IMG/VR virus record: IMGVR_UViG_3300043427_002205
Source of the DNA: an uncultured virus (IMG/VR IMGVR_UViG_3300043427_002205)
Lineage: Duplodnaviria > Heunggongvirae > Uroviricota > Caudoviricetes
Direction: 5' to 3' (one strand)
Length of the DNA: 64,000 bases
Shown: piece after piece, positions 59,382 to 64,000 of the stretch
How positions within the stretch are numbered: the stretch's first letter is position 1
Layout of the letters: every line of letters starts with the position of its first letter
Program-made: the position numbers and the translations under genes
The notes under the pieces: generated by a model
The model's input: only the letters and a program-made list of their open reading frames with translations
The model's database searches: none
What the model was told of the DNA's origin: nothing

Positions 59382-61040
59382 TTAAAATTCTACGATGGCT
59401 TTAATGTCTTCAATTTGATTTTGCGACCTAATAATTGCTCGCCTATTCTCTATATATATTATATTTCCTGCGCCCTTTTTAATTTCTTCATTAACAACAC
59501 CATTAGTTGAAGCTATTTGAGCACTAAATGTAGATTGAGTTATTGTCGAGCCATTTGTAAATGTGCCATATCCTGTCGTAGGATTTTGTATAAAAGTCAA
59601 TGTGCCCGTTTCGGGCGAGACTCCTTCAGCACTAGTTTTTGTATATTGCAATGCAACGCCCTGTATAGATGGTGATATCTGAAAAATCTGGTCATATACC
59701 AATGCATTTGCATTAGTAACACCAGTTAAATTTAATTTTTTGGTTGAAATTCTAGTGGTATCGGTGGCTAAAGTGCCATCATAATTTCTTACATCTCTAA
59801 TAATTCCCAATTGGCGGTAATCATTGTCTGTTGGAAAATCTCCCTCACCTTCAGCATATTGAAGTTTTGCGTTCATCATTATAAAAATTGAGTTTAAGTC
59901 TTTCTCAACATCTTTACCCAAGCCATCTAAGTCTGATAAAATTGGCCTAACTATGGCTCCGGTGCCTCCTAAAGAATTTTCAACCGATACACTTATAAAA
60001 GTTGAATTTGAACCTCTAGTAATTGGTAATATTTTGGTTATGGCGCCAGATAAATTCACCACCGGACGCAACTTAACGTCTGTGCCATTAGTAACAACAT
60101 TTAACTTAGGAAGAATCTGGCAGGTGTTTCCTGTGGTTACATTTCCACTCCAGGCGGCAGTTAGAATTATTTGCTTAGTGCCACCAATATAATCTTCTAT
60201 TGTGTATATTTCATTTATACCAGAACCAGAGGTTATGTGTATTTGACCATTGTTATAAAAATCATCTGCTTCCGATGGTGATCCGGTGCTAAGAATTGCG
60301 GTGCCCTTTCCTTGACCATTAGTGCCTATTGTTGTAACTGTGCCCGTATATGTTCTTGTATACCCAGACCCGCCATTTTCAACAACCACAGACATAACTT
60401 CGCCCGGAACTGCTGCGGCCTGAACTGTCCATTGAGAGCTGCCATCATTAGCGCTTAAGGTTTTAACAGGAACCCAGCTATCTGTTAAAAATTTTGATGC
60501 ATTAGCAGATGATACCGAGGCCACATATTTCCAAACATATCCGTCTTGAGCATAATATATTAAATTAGTGGCAGGATTTTGCTTTTCGGGCTTTACTGTA
60601 CTTGCCGCATTATTGCCATTCTCTAAACATACAAATATATCAAGAGTATCTGTTATGACATAAAAATTTCCAGCAGGTGTAGGAGATAATGCAGTAACCC
60701 TCGCTTGCGTGGGTTGGTTATGCAAATCAGCATCTCGGTCATCGTATATTGCATATACAGTGCCCTCTGTCCAATCTGAACGTCTAATAACCAATGATGT
60801 TGTTGCCGAATCTATCTTTTTTAGACCAAGCATCTCATCCCAAATTCTGGCTTCAGACTCATAAGTATCTAACGGCGCAGGAGGAGACAACTCAGCGCTT
60901 ATAGAGCCGGTTCCCCAAACTGTGGGTTTTCCGATAAATAGATAATGATTTCTACTGGTTGTGTGTGCCGAAGAGTTAAAATTATCTAAAAAATCTCTGG
61001 CGTTTTGAAGTCTGAATTTATTTTTTATAATAGCGGTCAT
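59382..61040 (-). CDS. gp8: Baseplate wedge protein
   Basis: MTAII..KFR, YLFIGKP..W, FYVIT, DGYVWKY, NDYRQLGIIRD, IIYIENR..I.RS..Q.EDIK..VEF. Confidence 0.9.
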   Translation of the reverse strand: MTAIIKNKFRLQNARDFLDNFNSSAHTTSRNHYLFIGKPTVWGTGSISAELSPPAPLDTYESEARIWDEMLGLKKIDSATTSLVIRRSDWTEGTVYAIYDDRDADLHNQPTQARVTALSPTPAGNFYVITDTLDIFVCLENGNNAASTVKPEKQNPATNLIYYAQDGYVWKYVASVSSANASKFLTDSWVPVKTLSANDGSSQWTVQAAAVPGEVMSVVVENGGSGYTRTYTGTVTTIGTNGQGKGTAILSTGSPSEADDFYNNGQIHITSGSGINEIYTIEDYIGGTKQIILTAAWSGNVTTGNTCQILPKLNVVTNGTDVKLRPVVNLSGAITKILPITRGSNSTFISVSVENSLGGTGAIVRPILSDLDGLGKDVEKDLNSIFIMMNAKLQYAEGEGDFPTDNDYRQLGIIRDVRNYDGTLATDTTRISTKKLNLTGVTNANALVYDQIFQISPSIQGVALQYTKTSAEGVSPETGTLTFIQNPTTGYGTFTNGSTITQSTFSAQIASTNGVVNEEIKKGAGNIIYIENRRAIIRSQNQIEDIKAIVEF

Positions 61041-61071
61041 TGACTATATACCTTAGAATTTCATTTATAAG

Positions 61072-61079
61072 TATTTATA
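61072..61079 (-). promoter_or_regulatory. Late promoter TATAAATA for gp8
   Basis: Exact motif upstream of the 61040 start. Confidence 0.7.
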
Positions 61080-61127
61080 TCAAAACATTTAATCATTTTT
61101 AATATTTAAGAGTTATTAAACAATTAT

Positions 61128-62657
61128 TTACGTACTAGTACTAGTAATAATAACCGCATCTGGCATAATATTAGTTTTTGCCGTTGGCGAAGTCACTAGG
61201 TCAAAAAGTCTTATTCCTAATTCGTCAATAGAACTTATGGTAGTTAATGGCTTTTGTTGAGCCAAATTACCATATTCACCAAAATAATTAGGAATAGCCA
61301 AGATTTCCTGATTTGCATCATATTTAGCTACTGGCTTGTAGTTAAATTTATTGTTATTTAATGAATTGCTATTTGCACCAAGCGGATTAGAAACTTCTGT
61401 AGTTTTTAGAGTAACTGTAGATGCAATTGACTTTACTGCTGCACTTACCGCAACGCCATCATCAACTAATGTGACGCTTGTATTTGAGCTTTCAGTTGCA
61501 ATATGAATTTTAGCATCAAGCAACTTCTGAGTTCTAAAGCCTCCGTATAATTTTAAACCGGCAGGATGCAAAAGTTTTTTTACAGCAGATTCGTACGTAG
61601 AATACGACTCATCTACATATATTACATACGAAAACGCTTGATAATATTCACCATCTTGCAAATATTTTAAGGTTGATATTTGACCGTCTTCATTTAAATA
61701 AAATCCAGGATAAGATATTAGTGCATCATATTCAATATCTATTACAGCACCCTTATCTGATAAAAGATAGTTTTGTAGTGGAAAATAACTTTTATAGCCA
61801 ATGCCATAATTTACTATTTTTAATGAAGTTATGCCCCCCGAACTTGATACTGACTGCACTTCTAGTTTTGCGCCATTTCCGACAACATTTATATTAAATG
61901 TTTCTCCGACCGAATAATTACCCCCCGCAGATTTTATGGTTATAGCAGACGGAACCGCCGACACTACAACTTGAATTGAACCATCATCTGAAATCAATGT
62001 CTCTTGAGGCAAAAAATTTCCGGTAATGCTTGAGCGATTTAACGATAACTCAACCCCAAAATAGCCACCTTCATTTACCGAGAAAACCTTTTCAACATAT
62101 GCGGTAGAATTGCTATCAACTCCTCTAATTCGCTTTGTGCGCAATGCTAATGCATCGCCGACAGATGAAAATACTCGCAAACTTTGTTGCTGAATCCATT
62201 TTCCATCAGAAACTTTAAGTATATCAACTCTAGGATAATAAAATTCAGGATTTAGCCCATAAGCCGCACGAAAAAATAACTCAAATGATTTTTCAGTACC
62301 CTTAGCCCTATAAAAATCTCTAACATTTTTTAGAAGAGTGCCAACATCAGTCTCTAGCGTTCTAGGAAAATGTATCAGAAATTCTTTATAAAATTGCTCA
62401 GTATATGGCTCTTTAGTAAAATCTATGTCTTGATAGCTTTTTAGTCTTTTTGAATCGTTTAAAACATTATTTTCGCTTTCCATCCACTCATAGTATGCTT
62501 TCATGAAAGTTATAAATCTTTCATGATCTTCTCTAACAAATTGTGGAAATTGATTCTGAAGATAAGGACTAACACCAGCCAACGGAGAAGACAAAAACAC
62601 CAAGGGTAGGTAATCTTGAAGTGGTGAGTCTATTGGTGATGCTAAAACGATTAACAT
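61128..62657 (-). CDS. gp7: Baseplate wedge initiator
   Basis: QFPQFVRED...FMKAYYEW, FYRAKGTEKSF..FFR, SDGKW, QDGEYYQAFSY, LLHPAG. Confidence 0.85.
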   Translation of the reverse strand: MLIVLASPIDSPLQDYLPLVFLSSPLAGVSPYLQNQFPQFVREDHERFITFMKAYYEWMESENNVLNDSKRLKSYQDIDFTKEPYTEQFYKEFLIHFPRTLETDVGTLLKNVRDFYRAKGTEKSFELFFRAAYGLNPEFYYPRVDILKVSDGKWIQQQSLRVFSSVGDALALRTKRIRGVDSNSTAYVEKVFSVNEGGYFGVELSLNRSSITGNFLPQETLISDDGSIQVVVSAVPSAITIKSAGGNYSVGETFNINVVGNGAKLEVQSVSSSGGITSLKIVNYGIGYKSYFPLQNYLLSDKGAVIDIEYDALISYPGFYLNEDGQISTLKYLQDGEYYQAFSYVIYVDESYSTYESAVKKLLHPAGLKLYGGFRTQKLLDAKIHIATESSNTSVTLVDDGVAVSAAVKSIASTVTLKTTEVSNPLGANSNSLNNNKFNYKPVAKYDANQEILAIPNYFGEYGNLAQQKPLTTISSIDELGIRLFDLVTSPTAKTNIMPDAVIITSTST

Positions 62658-62664
62658 AAATTTA

Positions 62665-63999
62665 TTATGATATCTTTAGTCTTGAAACATCTATAAGAGT
62701 TAGATTTACATCTTCATCTTCAAGCAAAAGCATTTGCTCTTTTAATGCAACAACATCTAAAACCTTGGGCTTAACTATAAAATCAATGTAGTTATTACCA
62801 TCTTCAATTGAACTTACTAATAGATTTGAAATTGTTATTGTGCCAGTTTCATAATCTACGGTTCCAATTTTGCCATCAAGTATAATTTTAGTGTTATCTG
62901 TCGTGAAATAATAGACAAACATGTTTCCTTGACCATCATCAGATATGTAGACTTTGACATTATTAATGTAGAATGGACTGGTTGTTATAGACGATATATC
63001 ATTATTATAGTCGCCGGTGTCTATTGAATTGTTTAATTGTATGGTAAAACTGTTTCTTAAATTTAAACTAGGAATAACTCTATATTTTATTTTAACTGAG
63101 GTGTTATTACTAACTATAGATGGGTCTGCCGAATCTATGTAAGAGCAAAACTTTGAAAATCTAAAATCTGAATCAAATCCGATAAGTTGTTCAGACTTAT
63201 AAGTTTCAATTGCCGCTAATACTTTTGTGGTTAATATCTCAGAAGTTTCTGCTGTTTTTGCGGAATTAAAATTTATGGTAGAGTCAACCATCAATCGTAT
63301 ATAATCAGGATCTACTATTACAACATCTACTGTAACTAAACTTCTCGGAAGAATAAATGAATTTACTAAGCGAACTTTATCTTCGTAATTTAATGTTGTG
63401 CCTGTTTTTGGCTTTATAGAACAAAAAACTTTTCCGTATTCGGGCGGCACGTTATCTTCGCCACCCCAAACTCTAACATGTTCAACCAATGAAATGTCTT
63501 TTTTAATTAAAGTTTCATAATCATATTTTGTAACGGCCCTATTTTGGGAATCATAAGTTCTTGGTGCAAGAAGTTTTATTGAATCTATAGATTCTTGCTC
63601 AGAGTATCCGGTTGCGATGCTTTTTGTAGTTAAAGTAAAAGACTGATTTTCACCAATATTAGCGGAAGCCAACCTTTCAGCTCTAAACACACTTGCATTA
63701 GTTGCTCCATCTCCGGTCGACACAACATAATCAAGTTTTATTATGTTTCCGTTGCTTGGACGTTTACCTAATATATTATCGCCAAATATAATTTCAAAAA
63801 GATTGCTTTCATATGCTTGCAAAAAATATTTGGCATCGGTTTCTTTAGTTTCAGTTATGTCGGTATTTAAAGAATAGTATTCTATATTTGTGCTAGCAGA
63901 ATTTTCTTGAACTACAACATTAAGAGTACTGGTGTCGACATTTTCATTTGGTATTATATATCTCTGCTTTATTGGTGAATTATTGTCTACTGTATATGA
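62665..63999 (-). CDS. gp6: Baseplate wedge subunit (5' end outside window)
   Basis: Frame open to the window edge (SYTVDNNSPIKQRYIIPNENVDTSTL...); FGDNILGKRP, ESIDSIK..AP, QNRAVTKYDY, WGGEDNVPPEYGKV. Confidence 0.92.
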   Translation of the reverse strand, partial: SYTVDNNSPIKQRYIIPNENVDTSTLNVVVQENSASTNIEYYSLNTDITETKETDAKYFLQAYESNLFEIIFGDNILGKRPSNGNIIKLDYVVSTGDGATNASVFRAERLASANIGENQSFTLTTKSIATGYSEQESIDSIKLLAPRTYDSQNRAVTKYDYETLIKKDISLVEHVRVWGGEDNVPPEYGKVFCSIKPKTGTTLNYEDKVRLVNSFILPRSLVTVDVVIVDPDYIRLMVDSTINFNSAKTAETSEILTTKVLAAIETYKSEQLIGFDSDFRFSKFCSYIDSADPSIVSNNTSVKIKYRVIPSLNLRNSFTIQLNNSIDTGDYNNDISSITTSPFYINNVKVYISDDGQGNMFVYYFTTDNTKIILDGKIGTVDYETGTITISNLLVSSIEDGNNYIDFIVKPKVLDVVALKEQMLLLEDEDVNLTLIDVSRLKIS

Positions 64000-64000
64000 A

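Noticed and set aside
1..64000. tRNA/rRNA genes and host assignment
   Set aside because: No cloverleaf-like sequence in the short intergenic gaps; no host-diagnostic auxiliary genes (e.g. photosynthesis) in the window

Overview
A 64-kb segment of a large, AT-rich T4-like (Tevenvirinae/cyanomyovirus-type) myophage genome, almost entirely coded on the minus strand in standard code. Reading right to left: baseplate (gp6 partial, gp7, gp8, a 2680-aa VrlC/DUF4815-like protein), tail fibre/spike genes, holin, neck/tail completion (gp13, 14, 15), terminase (gp16, gp17), sheath and two tube genes (gp18, gp19 x2), head (gp20, 67-like, 21, 22, 23), a free-standing endonuclease, gp3, uvsY, uvsW, an origin-like repeat region, gp55, gp47/46, ClpP, a CobT/CobS-like VWA-MoxR pair flanking a glycosyltransferase cluster (probable DNA hypermodification), gp45/44/62, regA, dUTPase, phosphoesterase, lysozyme and the start of gp43. 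The most unusual locus is the large terminase. It carries two inteins with the same geometry, each with an endonuclease gene in the +1 frame at the atypical N-proximal site. Intein 1 is split (fractured gene, host frame full of stops). Intein 2 is contiguous: a complete HNH/NUMOD3 endonuclease gene with its own late-promoter motif and Shine-Dalgarno is nested out of frame inside it, while the terminase frame stays stop-free for about 240 codons. All annotations come from motif recognition and synteny; no database searches were run.
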